A DNA stretch of 37,316 bases from Candidatus Micrarchaeota archaeon (GTDB lineage Archaea; Micrarchaeota; Micrarchaeia; Norongarragalinales; Norongarragalinaceae). The notes under the pieces were generated by a model. That model had not been told where the DNA came from. It saw nothing but the letters and a program-made list of their open reading frames with translations, and did no database searches. Position 1 is the stretch's first letter. Every line of letters begins with the position of its first letter. A program made the position numbers and the translations under genes. Below, in pieces: positions 1 through 8,523 of this stretch. The stretch spans positions 1-37,316 of the forward strand of contig JAGVWL010000002.1 of NCBI GenBank assembly GCA_018304285.1, given 5' to 3'.

Positions 1-349
1 GGCGCGTTGACGTTTATGGCGAAAGCCAAGAGCGTTCCAACGCTGCTTGTAATGTAATTTATGGCCATGAGGACTTCCTCGACCACGCCAGTGGGGAATT
101 GCTTGGTCTTCTTCCAGTCCTCGACGATTTTCTTCCTTTCCTTCTCGTCCGCATCGGCCCTGACCACGCCTTGAATGTGCATTTTGGCGAACTTGTCCCT
201 GTAGTCGGTGCCGTGGTCGAAGTATATTTCCAGCCCCTTGTCGACTTCCTTCACGTCTGTAATCTTAATGCTCACGTCGAATCCTTCGAACTTTCCTTGG
301 TCGAGCCTTTCCGCGCTTACGGAAATGACTCTCCCGCCGTTAATTTTCA
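1..349 (-). CDS. hypothetical protein (N-terminal part only; the gene runs off the left edge)
   Basis: Absent from the ORF track because no stop codon lies in the window. Hand translation of the minus strand from the ATG at 349-347 stays open to position 1 (MKINGGRVISVSAERLDQGKFEGFDVSIKITDVKEVDKGLEIYFDHGTDYRDKF...). A GGAGGT Shine-Dalgarno-like motif (plus-strand ACCTCC, 359-364) lies 9 nt upstream. No family recognised. Confidence 0.55.
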
Positions 350-438
350 TGAAACCCGACCTCCGTTTTTCAAGCTAAAGAACTTGGCTTTGAAAGCATC
401 AGTTGCTCTTGTGATTATTACTTGGGTTGAAAGCGTTT

Positions 439-1113
439 TTATAACGTGACGGTGTCGCCCACTTTCATTACCACCGGCTCGGTTTTGGTGGAAGCGGAAA
501 CGCGCTTGGCGAACTCGTCGGCGTTCGCGCGAATCTTGTCGAACGTGTTGTAGTGCATGGGAATCGCGTTTTTCGCGCGCATTCTCTTGAGGGAAGCTAC
601 TGCTCCTATGATGTCCATGGTGAAAGTGCCTCCGATGGGCACCAACGCCGTTTTCACCTCTACGCTCGCGAGGTCGTAAAAGTCGTAAGTGTCGCCCGCG
701 TGGTAGAGCGTTTCGCCTCCCGCGGAAACGATATAGCCGACCGGGTAGGTGGATTGCGGGTGTTTCGCGGGCGTGACGCGAACCTGCACGCCCATGAGGT
801 TGAACGTGTCGCCTTCTTCGACCGGAACGCGCGAGCGCGCCGGAACGTCCAACAGCGCGAGGGTTTCTTCCGGCGCGACGACCTGCGCGAGCGTGCGCGA
901 TTGTATTACGCCCACGCTGTAAGGGTCGCAGTGGTCGAAATGCTCGTGGGTGATGAGGATCAAATCGCATTTCGTGATTTGGTTCGGTGCGAGGGCTGGA
1001 GGCACAAGCCGCTCCAACTGCCGCGGGCGCGGGTCCAGCCACGGATCGATGAGGACGGTGCGCCCGCCCATTTGCGCCAAAAACCCGGAGTGCCCGAGCC
1101 ACGTTACATTCAT
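439..1113 (-). CDS. metallo-beta-lactamase-fold metal-dependent hydrolase (UPF0173-like)
   Basis: 224 aa. N-terminus MNVTWLGHSGF and the HxHxDH metal motif (ITHEHFDHCD) are typical of small MBL-fold hydrolases. The ATG overlaps the stop of the upstream PIN gene (ATGA at 1110-1113). Confidence 0.8.
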   Translation of the reverse strand: MNVTWLGHSGFLAQMGGRTVLIDPWLDPRPRQLERLVPPALAPNQITKCDLILITHEHFDHCDPYSVGVIQSRTLAQVVAPEETLALLDVPARSRVPVEEGDTFNLMGVQVRVTPAKHPQSTYPVGYIVSAGGETLYHAGDTYDFYDLASVEVKTALVPIGGTFTMDIIGAVASLKRMRAKNAIPMHYNTFDKIRANADEFAKRVSASTKTEPVVMKVGDTVTL

Positions 1114-1478
1114 TTTACGAACTCCACGTTCGGCATCGAGCGGAACTGCTCGTCGCCGGTCAAAAACTTTATTCCCCTGTTTTCGGCAATAGTATATCCT
1201 ATGCAGTCTGCATAGGATAAATTCTTTTTCCTGTTTGAAAGCCTGAATTCCATGGCCTTTTGGATTTCTTCATCATCGATTTCCAAGAGGTTCTGCTTTA
1301 ATCTCTTAAAATGTTGGGTTGCTTCCTGCTTTCCAAAATCCCTGAGAATGATGTAATATAGTTCTATCAAATTCAGAAGGCTGGTTTTGCACTCGCATTC
1401 GGCATATTCGGCATAACTCTCGCCGCCCTTTATCGAGCCGATTAGGGCATAAGTGTCAAAAAAATAGGTTTTTACCAA
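1110..1478 (-). CDS. vapC: PIN-domain ribonuclease toxin (VapC-like)
   Basis: 122 aa. Conserved acidic positions are arranged as in PIN domains (FFDTYAL near the N-terminus, SYADCIGY, FLTGDEQF near the C-terminus). The gene overlaps the upstream small AbrB-like gene by 7 nt. It lies in an AT-rich island. Confidence 0.75.
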   Translation of the reverse strand: MVKTYFFDTYALIGSIKGGESYAEYAECECKTSLLNLIELYYIILRDFGKQEATQHFKRLKQNLLEIDDEEIQKAMEFRLSNRKKNLSYADCIGYTIAENRGIKFLTGDEQFRSMPNVEFVK

Positions 1479-1684
1479 CCCCGCCTCGCCTCGTCCTTAA
1501 GCTTTTGCGCGTCCGCTTTCCATTCCTTTAACGAGCCGAACACGTCCGAAAGAGTTGAAATTTTCTTAACTTCTATAATCACTTTTTCTTTTTCTTCAAG
1601 CTTTTCCTCTTCCACAAGCTCTGCCGGTATTACTACCCCTAGAGAACTCCCCCATTTTTTCAGCGATACGGTAGCAGAACCCAT
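1472..1684 (-). CDS. vapB: AbrB/SpoVT/MazE-type antitoxin (VapB-like)
   Basis: 70 aa. The N-terminal swapped-hairpin-like segment (VSLKKWGSSLGVVIPAELVEE) resembles AbrB/MazE antitoxins. The gene sits immediately upstream of, and overlaps, the PIN gene. A palindromic operator candidate lies upstream. Confidence 0.65.
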   Translation of the reverse strand: MGSATVSLKKWGSSLGVVIPAELVEEEKLEEKEKVIIEVKKISTLSDVFGSLKEWKADAQKLKDEARRGW

Positions 1685-1701
1685 GCAAAACCACCAAGAA
1701 G

Positions 1702-1726
1702 AATATAACTGGAGTTATATTTAAGC
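1702..1726 (-). promoter_or_regulatory. palindromic operator candidate overlapping a TATA-like box of the vapBC promoter
   Basis: AATATAACT-GG-AGTTATATT (1702-1721) is a perfect 9-bp inverted repeat 18 nt upstream of the vapB ATG. On the minus strand it overlaps TTAAATATAA. This is the typical layout for antitoxin autoregulation. Confidence 0.5.
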
Positions 1727-1753
1727 TTTTCTTTACAATGGAAAAAGCGTTTA

Positions 1754-2488
1754 CTAATTTTTCGCTTTTCGGAGGATTACGAAGTGGTCAGCGTTTCCGT
1801 AAGCGCCAGTGTATCCAAATTCGTTGTCTGTAAACATCGATTCTCCGACAAGACGATTCATCTTAAAGTCTTTATACGGTGTAGGCTCCTGGGTTTGCTT
1901 GCTGCTAGTCACCCAGAAGTGAAGCGAACTACTGGTGTATTTCTTTACTCCGTACTTGTCTAGTCTTAGCCCGCTTCCTTCCAGGAATTGCTTTATCCTC
2001 CTGACGTTTTCTTCAAAAGTTTCGGTTTGATTCGCTTGTACCGAACCCCTCTCTTTCAATTCAGGTAGGAAAGGGCTTGGGTTTTCATGCTGGAAAATGT
2101 GGTAAAACCGCCCGCCAGGCGCTAGCGATTCCTGGATTGCTTCAAGGACTTTAGGGTCGGTTGCCCATTTCGTATCGAGAGGCATGTGAAAATGTATTTC
2201 ATCTACCTGTTCCCCGCCCAATGCCGTTTTAAGCTGCTCCTTAAGTTTTTCAGGATTCCAGAATGTAAGATTCATTGTTAGCACTGTGCCTTTTACTCTT
2301 CCCCTGTCTTTTTCGTCTATTACTGCTCGGAAGCGGTGCCTGTCAATTCCGGTGTACTCCACTAGGATTGGCCTTGCATTCTTGTTTCCTTTTCGTCTAC
2401 TAAATTCGTGGCGGTTTAGTATTGCCCTGAGCGTTTTGCCATTTCCACAGCCCAAGTCTAAAACTCTTATAGATTTTTCAGCTTGCAT
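1754..2488 (-). CDS. class I SAM-dependent methyltransferase, substrate unknown
   Basis: 244 aa. Motif I is VLDLGCGNG, followed by an acidic post-I position (YTGID) and LAPGGRFY further on. The gene is AT-rich like the adjacent vapBC pair. Confidence 0.7.
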   Translation of the reverse strand: MQAEKSIRVLDLGCGNGKTLRAILNRHEFSRRKGNKNARPILVEYTGIDRHRFRAVIDEKDRGRVKGTVLTMNLTFWNPEKLKEQLKTALGGEQVDEIHFHMPLDTKWATDPKVLEAIQESLAPGGRFYHIFQHENPSPFLPELKERGSVQANQTETFEENVRRIKQFLEGSGLRLDKYGVKKYTSSSLHFWVTSSKQTQEPTPYKDFKMNRLVGESMFTDNEFGYTGAYGNADHFVILRKAKN

Positions 2489-2522
2489 AAACCAATTTTA
2501 AACGCCGTGCTTTTATTCTACC

Positions 2523-3362
2523 ATGTCTTGGGAAGTCGTTTTCGGGCCGGGGGGAATACCCATCCAGTGCAAGGGCAACAGCATGGCCGACGGAGTAAGA
2601 TGCGCTAAAGCCTTGGGATTGGGTGCAATCGAATGGGAGCTGGTGCACGGCGCTAAAGTAAAGCAGGAAAGCGCGGAAAAAGTAGGGCTTGCAATCAAGG
2701 AAACGGGCTTGCGCTTGAGCGCGCACGCGCCTTACTACATTTCCCTCATTTCCCACGAGCACCCAAAGCGAAAGAAGAGTTACGAGTACATACTGGATAC
2801 AGCGCGGGCGGTGCATTACGCGGGCGGGGGGCGAGTAATCTTTCACCCGGGTTTTTACGGAAAGTGGGACGAGAAAAAAGCGTTCGAGGAGATGAAGGGT
2901 GAAATGGAGTTTTTGGTCAAGGAAATCAAAGCCTTGAAGCTCAACGTTTCCCTGTGGCCCGAGGTTACGGGAAAATTTTCCGCCTGGGGCTCTTTGGAGG
3001 AATTGCTTGAAATGCGGAAGCAAGTGAAGGGCTTGAACGCCTGCATTGACTTTTCGCACGTGCACGCCCGCTCGCAGGGCGGGTTGGATTCGAAAAAGGA
3101 TTTCGAGCGGGTTTTCGACTTGATAGAAAGCTACGACAAAAAAATGCTGGAAGAATTGCACGTGCACTTCCAGGGTGTGCGTTACAGCGACAAGGGCGAA
3201 TTGTCGCATTTGGAGATTGCGGAGGACAGCCCGCCGTGGAAGCCGTTCGTAGAGCTGCTTGTCGAGCGAAAGTGCGGGGGGACGGTGATTTGCGAAAGCC
3301 CGGTGCTCGAGGCGGACGCGCTGCGGATGCAAAAGTACTACCGTTCGTTGACTGTTGAATAA
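2523..3362 (+). CDS. AP endonuclease family 2 / endonuclease IV-like TIM-barrel protein
   Basis: 279 aa. It has the ordered metal-ligand blocks of the endonuclease IV family: SAHAPYYISL, VIFHPGFY, LWPEVTG, IDFSHVHARSQGG, LHVHFQG, VICESP. Confidence 0.7.
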   Translation: MSWEVVFGPGGIPIQCKGNSMADGVRCAKALGLGAIEWELVHGAKVKQESAEKVGLAIKETGLRLSAHAPYYISLISHEHPKRKKSYEYILDTARAVHYAGGGRVIFHPGFYGKWDEKKAFEEMKGEMEFLVKEIKALKLNVSLWPEVTGKFSAWGSLEELLEMRKQVKGLNACIDFSHVHARSQGGLDSKKDFERVFDLIESYDKKMLEELHVHFQGVRYSDKGELSHLEIAEDSPPWKPFVELLVERKCGGTVICESPVLEADALRMQKYYRSLTVE

Positions 3363-3368
3363 AATTCA

Positions 3369-3402
3369 GTTGGAGGATACCTGCCTTCCAACCGCACTTT
3401 TT
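3369..3402 (+). terminator. hairpin plus T-tract downstream of the endonuclease IV-like gene
   Basis: GTTGGA (3369-3374) pairs with TCCAAC (3387-3392) and is followed by TTTTT (3398-3402), a few nt after the stop at 3362. Confidence 0.4.
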
Positions 3403-3488
3403 ATTCCCGGAAGCGCCCTCACGTTTAAATATTCCGTTTCAGTGGTGCTTGCACAAAAAATATTCGTAACGCCGCTGATTGATCTGAA

Positions 3489-4964
3489 ATGGTTGCAAGA
3501 ATCGCTCATGCTTTTCTGTTCTCATTATTCCTTGCCGGCTTGGCCGCCGCCGCTTGCACCGATTCGGATGGCGCTAACGCCGCAGTTCGCGGAAGCATTT
3601 CCTACGTGTTTGAAGGCACTCCCCAGACTCTTTACGACAGTTGCCTTGACAGCACGCAGGTTTTCGAGCGGACTTGCGTCGGGGATTCCGACAGCGTGCA
3701 GATAATAGACTGCAAGTCCTTGGGTCAGGATTACGTTTGCAGGGCGGGAGTGTGCTTGGTTCCTTCACCCACGCCAACCGCCTCAACTCCAACCCCTACG
3801 CCAGCGTCCAGCACTTCTTGCACTGTCACGGTCAGCCCTTCGGACGTGGATCCAGCGCGAGACAAGTATGACCCCAACTTAGGCAGGGTGACTGTATTCG
3901 GGTCGGCGCAAGGCTCGTTTTCTTCAGCTACCGGTGTGAAAGTAGAATGCAATTACGGGGACGCGCTTCCGCAGCCCGAAGAGTTCTCCACAAGCGCTCG
4001 CGTCACCCTCTCGGCGACCGAACTCTCATACACCGCGTACTGCAAATACCCGATTACGCAGCAAACGACCGATTACAAGCTTAGGGTTTTGGTTGACGGA
4101 AACGCGTGTGCGATAACAACTGTGAAAGTGTTGGGCAGCGAATCCGCTGGCGGAACTGCCGCGCCTTCAGCTTCCGTTGCGCCGACCGCGCCTCCGTCGA
4201 GGCTGCCGCCTGCCCTGCCGTCGGACGACGATTTTGAAGAGTTCACTCTTAAGCTCTATGCGGGCTGGAACCTCGTGGGCATGCCTTTCGGCGAGTACGA
4301 TGAATCCGACGGGTTCACCAGCTACTGCAGCGGTGACGAGTGGTACTCCCTTTCGGGAAGGGAATACTCCCAATTGCGGACTATCGGGATTGGGGCGTTT
4401 AGCCAGAATACCGGCAAGTCCTTCTGGGTGTACGTGCCGCGCGAGTGCAGCATGAGGTTCAAGGGAACTCTTTTCTCTTCCCAGAAGCTTTCGCTGGCCA
4501 AAGGCTGGAATATGGTGAGCGTGCAGACGAAGGCGTTCGAACAAAAACTGAACCTGCAGAGCAGCTGCACGATTAAAAGCATTTATTGGTACGACGCGTC
4601 CGCAGGCAAGTACGCGAAAGAACAATCGTTACGCCATGCCGTGGGCTATATGGTTAAAGTGAAGGACGCTTGCGAGATTTCCGCCGGGGACGGCGAGAGC
4701 GACATTCCGCCCGCGCCGCCGCGAAGGGATTCCCTTCCCCCTTCCGCACCCACCGCCTCCCTTCCCGCGCAAGAGCCTGTATATTCGACTGCCACTCCCA
4801 CGCCCCAGCCGACTGAAAACACCGGCGGGTGGCGTTCTCCATCGGTTGGCGAGGGTTACGTTTCCCCTGGTTCTGGAGGATTCACTGCTGTATCCAGAAC
4901 CACGGTAGTTGAAAAAGTGATTTATGGGATTTCCGAAGCCCTGAATGCAATCGGCAGGAAGTGA
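3489..4964 (+). CDS. secreted or cell-surface protein with lipobox-like signal peptide and Pro/Thr-rich linkers
   Basis: 491 aa. The N-terminus MVARIAHAFLFSLFLAGLAAAAC has a hydrophobic signal ending in Cys. Linkers include PSPTPTASTPTPTPASS, APTAPPSRLPPALPSDDD and PPAPPRRDSLPPSAP. Cys-rich globular modules lie between the linkers. No family recognised. Confidence 0.6.
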   Translation: MVARIAHAFLFSLFLAGLAAAACTDSDGANAAVRGSISYVFEGTPQTLYDSCLDSTQVFERTCVGDSDSVQIIDCKSLGQDYVCRAGVCLVPSPTPTASTPTPTPASSTSCTVTVSPSDVDPARDKYDPNLGRVTVFGSAQGSFSSATGVKVECNYGDALPQPEEFSTSARVTLSATELSYTAYCKYPITQQTTDYKLRVLVDGNACAITTVKVLGSESAGGTAAPSASVAPTAPPSRLPPALPSDDDFEEFTLKLYAGWNLVGMPFGEYDESDGFTSYCSGDEWYSLSGREYSQLRTIGIGAFSQNTGKSFWVYVPRECSMRFKGTLFSSQKLSLAKGWNMVSVQTKAFEQKLNLQSSCTIKSIYWYDASAGKYAKEQSLRHAVGYMVKVKDACEISAGDGESDIPPAPPRRDSLPPSAPTASLPAQEPVYSTATPTPQPTENTGGWRSPSVGEGYVSPGSGGFTAVSRTTVVEKVIYGISEALNAIGRK

Positions 4965-4970
4965 AACTAA

Positions 4971-5558
4971 ATGAATTTATTTAAGGGCGGGGTGCTGGTT
5001 TTTGCTTTAGTAATCCTGGCCGGTTGCGTGGCTCAGCCTTCCGGCACCCAAGCCGCAGGCGCATCGCAAAACTCGGTTAGCGGGGAGTTGGGTGTTTTCG
5101 AAGAGGATAACGACGCTCCTCCGGCGCCTCCCTCGCGCCAAGCTCCTGCTCTGCCGGAAGAAGGCGTTTCCGAATCGCAATCTTCAGCCAGCGCCTTCAC
5201 CGGATTGTGGAAAGTGTTTTCTTCAAGAATATTTTACGACGTCGGCGGGGCAGGAGGCATGACTGGAACCACCCGCCTTCTTGAAATCGACGCGGAGGGA
5301 AATTGGGCGTTCGGCTCCTCGAACGGAAAGTGGCACGTTGAGCCCATTGCAGAAACGGATTGGAATGATTGGGGAATAGACGCTTACGGCCCGACCAGAA
5401 AAATGGTTCTCGACGATTGGGGCGGCAAGGACGCTGAAGGGCCGATAGAAGAGAGCGGCGGCAGCGTGGACTTTTTCTGGGCAATCTACCGCGTCGAATC
5501 TCCTGAAGTAGAAAATGCCGGGACAATACAAACCAAATTCGGCCGTGCAGCCGGCTAG
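4971..5558 (+). CDS. putative lipoprotein, function unknown
   Basis: 195 aa. The signal peptide has a lipobox (LVILAGC). It is followed by a Pro-rich linker, APPAPPSRQAPALPEEG, related to the linker of the upstream gene. The gene starts 6 nt after the upstream stop. Confidence 0.6.
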   Translation: MNLFKGGVLVFALVILAGCVAQPSGTQAAGASQNSVSGELGVFEEDNDAPPAPPSRQAPALPEEGVSESQSSASAFTGLWKVFSSRIFYDVGGAGGMTGTTRLLEIDAEGNWAFGSSNGKWHVEPIAETDWNDWGIDAYGPTRKMVLDDWGGKDAEGPIEESGGSVDFFWAIYRVESPEVENAGTIQTKFGRAAG

Positions 5559-5643
5559 TGAACCCCCAGCTAGAATTCAACCTGCGAACGCTGTTTAAGC
5601 TTGCAGCCACCTAGCGCCCTCTAGTATGGTTTTTTGCAACCCG

Positions 5644-5654
5644 TTTTTAAATTT
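5644..5654 (+). promoter_or_regulatory. TATA-like box for the ADP-dependent kinase gene (leaderless spacing)
   Basis: TTTTTAAATTT is centred about 26 nt upstream of the ATG at 5675. Confidence 0.45.
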
Positions 5655-5674
5655 GCCTTGCGTTATTGTTGGTT

Positions 5675-7081
5675 ATGAACGTGAAAGCGTGGTCCGACCG
5701 GTTTGCGCTCAAGAGGGCGCCCAAGCTGGCTAAAGTGCTTACCGCATTCAACGCCAACGTGGATGCGATGGTGTTTGGCTTGCACCAGCCTGCGAAAGCG
5801 CTGGCTTTGCTTTCGCAAGCCGAGCTTGCGGAGATTGAAAAGAAGTGCGACTCGGAATTGAGGGAAATAAAAAGCCAGTCCGACTTTTTCTCTGCCCTGC
5901 TGCACTCCGTAAAGACGGGCAAGGCAATGCACTTGCACGCTTCGCAAGGAGTTTTCGATTGGATGGGCAGCGTTTTTACCGCTGACGAAACGCGAATCGG
6001 CGGCCAGGCGGGCATAATGGCCAACCAATTGTCCGCGTTCCATGATTTTGTCCTGACTTACTCGTCGTTGCTCTCGCCTTTGCAAGCGTCTTTTTTCGAC
6101 CAGAAAGTGTGTTTTCCTTCCACCAGCGGCAAGAAGCTCGTGTGCCATCCGGCCAAGAAAGTCGCGAGAAAGGGCGACGCGACGAAAGTCAATTGGATTT
6201 TCGAGTTCAAAACAGGCGAAAAGCTGAAGGCCAAGAGCGAATTCCACTCTCCCCGCGCCAACCGCTTGATTGTTTCTTCGCCGGCGCACTACACTCCAGT
6301 TTTCGAAAACGTCGACGTCAAGCAACTGGCCAAAAACGCGGACGTTGCGATGCTTTCGGGCTTCCAGCAGTTGCATTTGGACAAGAACCTGGGCGCAACG
6401 CTCAAGAAAATCTCTTCGCAAATCGCAGAACTCAAGAAGGCAAACCCGAAAATCGCAGTTCACTGGGAATTTGTTCCAATGGAAGACAAGAAGGCTGAAA
6501 AGCTGGTTTTGTCGAGCGTGGGCAAGGCGGTCGACAGCATGGGCATAAATGAAGTTGAAATCGTTGACGTGCTGAAGGCGCTGGGCGCGAAGAAAGAGGC
6601 GGACAAGATAGGCAAATTGGAAAACTCTTACTCTCTTTACTTGGGCGCGAGAAGGCTTTCGGAGCTGCTCAAGCTCGAGCGCGTGCACGTTCACAGTTTC
6701 GGATTCCAACTAGCCGTATTGCGCAAGCCTTACGTTGTTGCGCCCGACAAGGTTCGCGACGCGCTCGTCTTTTCTTCGATAATCGCGGCGCTCAAGGCGC
6801 TGAAGGGAAGCGCTTTCGTTTCCAGGAAAGAATTCGAGGCGCACGCGCTGGTGCCTTCCGAGACGGGCTTTAACCAGATTCGCGCCCTCGAGGGCGGGCT
6901 GGATGAAGAGCGCGTGAAAAGGTTTTCGTCAATGACCCGCCGGGCTCTGTTGGAAAGCGGCATTTTCGAATTGAACGACCACTACGTCGTAATCGTGCCT
7001 TCACCCATCGTACAGCCCAAGAGCACGGTGGGGTTGGGCGACGTGATTTCGTCGATGGCGTTGGCAGCAGAGAGAGGCTGA
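5675..7081 (+). CDS. ADP-dependent sugar kinase (ADP-dependent glucokinase/phosphofructokinase family)
   Basis: The ORF track starts at a TTG (5666); I prefer the ATG at 5675. Family blocks: AFNANVDAMV near the N-terminus, MGINEVEI (NExE) and the C-terminal TVGLGDVISS (GxGD catalytic loop). Confidence 0.75.
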   Translation: MNVKAWSDRFALKRAPKLAKVLTAFNANVDAMVFGLHQPAKALALLSQAELAEIEKKCDSELREIKSQSDFFSALLHSVKTGKAMHLHASQGVFDWMGSVFTADETRIGGQAGIMANQLSAFHDFVLTYSSLLSPLQASFFDQKVCFPSTSGKKLVCHPAKKVARKGDATKVNWIFEFKTGEKLKAKSEFHSPRANRLIVSSPAHYTPVFENVDVKQLAKNADVAMLSGFQQLHLDKNLGATLKKISSQIAELKKANPKIAVHWEFVPMEDKKAEKLVLSSVGKAVDSMGINEVEIVDVLKALGAKKEADKIGKLENSYSLYLGARRLSELLKLERVHVHSFGFQLAVLRKPYVVAPDKVRDALVFSSIIAALKALKGSAFVSRKEFEAHALVPSETGFNQIRALEGGLDEERVKRFSSMTRRALLESGIFELNDHYVVIVPSPIVQPKSTVGLGDVISSMALAAERG

Positions 7082-7088
7082 GCTCGAG

Positions 7089-8495
7089 ATGCTTAAGCTC
7101 TTCAACTCGCTTTCGTTGAGGAAAGAAGTTTTCAAGCCCCTAGACGATAAAGCCGTTAAGTGGTACGCTTGCGGGCCGACTTTGTATGATTATCCTCACA
7201 TAGGCAATTACCGCGCTTTCCTGTTTTACGACCTTTTGCAAAAATGGCTGGAGCATGAAGGTTACAAAGTAACGCTGGTAATGAACATCACGGACGTCGA
7301 CGATAAAACTATAAACAAATCGCGGGAAAGAAAAGAAACCTTGAGTGAACTTTACCAGTTCTATTCCAAAGCTTTTTTTGAAAGCCTCGATCAGCTGGGA
7401 ATAAAGCGCGCTGCCATTTACCCCCGCGCTACCGAACACGTTCCGCAAATGATTGCGCTTGTTGAAAAGCTTTTGACTAAGGGCATAGCGTACAAGGGCG
7501 AGGATGGAAGCATTTACTTCAAAATATCGTCCTTCAAAAACTACGGGAAGCTCTCCCATCTTGATTTGAAGGGCTTGAAGGCGGGCGCGAGCGGGCGTGT
7601 GGGTACCGATGAGTATGAGAAAGAAAGCGTAAGCGATTTTGCTTTGTGGAAGGCGTGGACTCCCGACGACGGCGAAGTGTTTTGGGAAGCGCCTTTCGGC
7701 AAGGGACGGCCGGGCTGGCATATTGAATGCAGCGCCATGTCCATGCACTACCTCGGCGAATCATTTGACGTTCACACGGGCGGGGTTGACTTGACGTTTC
7801 CCCACCACGAGAATGAAATAGCGCAGAGCGAGGGGGCGACCGGCGTTCGGTTCGCGAAATATTGGCTGCACAACGAGCATTTGCTTGTCGAGGGAAGGAA
7901 AATGTCCAAGCGGTTCAAGAATTTTTACACTTTGCGCGACGTCTTGGCGAAGGGATACTCGCCCAGGGCGTTGCGCTTGCTTTTGCTTTCCACGCACTAC
8001 CGTTCGCAGTTGAACTTCACTTTCGAAGCGCTGGATAATGCAGAGAACACTGTGAAAAAGCTGGGCGAATTCGCCTTCAGGCTCGGGCGCGCGAAAGGAA
8101 AAGGCGGCCGTAGCCTGGATTCGGTTTTGGCGAGCGCGAAAAAAAGTTTTGCCGGGGCGCTGGACGACGATTTGGACGTTGCAAGTGCGTTGGCCACAGT
8201 TTTCGATTTCGTGAAGGAATTCAACAAGGCGATCGATGACGAAAAAGTTTCAGTGGCTCAGGCCGCAGCAGCATTAGATTTCCTGAAGGAGTTCGACTCG
8301 GTTTTCGGGGTTGTCGATTGGAGCGCTTCGCGCGGGGTTTCGCTGGACGCGGCTATAGAAAAGCTCGTGGCTGAACGGGAAGAGGCAAGGCGAAACAAGG
8401 ATTTCAAGCGCGCTGACGAGATTCGCGCTTTGCTCAAGTCCAAGGGAATAATCCTGGAGGACACGCCCACGGGCGTCGTCTGGAAGAAAGCCTAA
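7089..8495 (+). CDS. cysS: cysteine--tRNA ligase
   Basis: 468 aa. Class I signatures HIGN (YPHIGNYRAF) and KMSKR are present, plus GWHIECSAM and FPHHENE, which are typical of CysRS. Confidence 0.93.
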   Translation: MLKLFNSLSLRKEVFKPLDDKAVKWYACGPTLYDYPHIGNYRAFLFYDLLQKWLEHEGYKVTLVMNITDVDDKTINKSRERKETLSELYQFYSKAFFESLDQLGIKRAAIYPRATEHVPQMIALVEKLLTKGIAYKGEDGSIYFKISSFKNYGKLSHLDLKGLKAGASGRVGTDEYEKESVSDFALWKAWTPDDGEVFWEAPFGKGRPGWHIECSAMSMHYLGESFDVHTGGVDLTFPHHENEIAQSEGATGVRFAKYWLHNEHLLVEGRKMSKRFKNFYTLRDVLAKGYSPRALRLLLLSTHYRSQLNFTFEALDNAENTVKKLGEFAFRLGRAKGKGGRSLDSVLASAKKSFAGALDDDLDVASALATVFDFVKEFNKAIDDEKVSVAQAAAALDFLKEFDSVFGVVDWSASRGVSLDAAIEKLVAEREEARRNKDFKRADEIRALLKSKGIILEDTPTGVVWKKA

Positions 8496-8513
8496 ACCGT
8501 TTTAGGGCGCAAG

Positions 8514-8520
8514 AAAAAAA
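8514..8520 (-). terminator. T7 tract immediately after the stop of the 8524-9477 gene
   Basis: The plus-strand A7 run at 8514-8520 reads as T7 on the minus strand, 3 nt after the TGA stop. This matches archaeal oligo-T termination signals. Confidence 0.4.
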
Positions 8521-8523
8521 GGC

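Noticed and set aside
99-449. A 116-aa plus-strand ORF at the left edge.
   Set aside because: The opposite strand carries an open frame from the ATG at 349 to the window edge, with a GGAGGT motif 9 nt upstream and a more protein-like composition. The plus-strand ORF is taken as its shadow.
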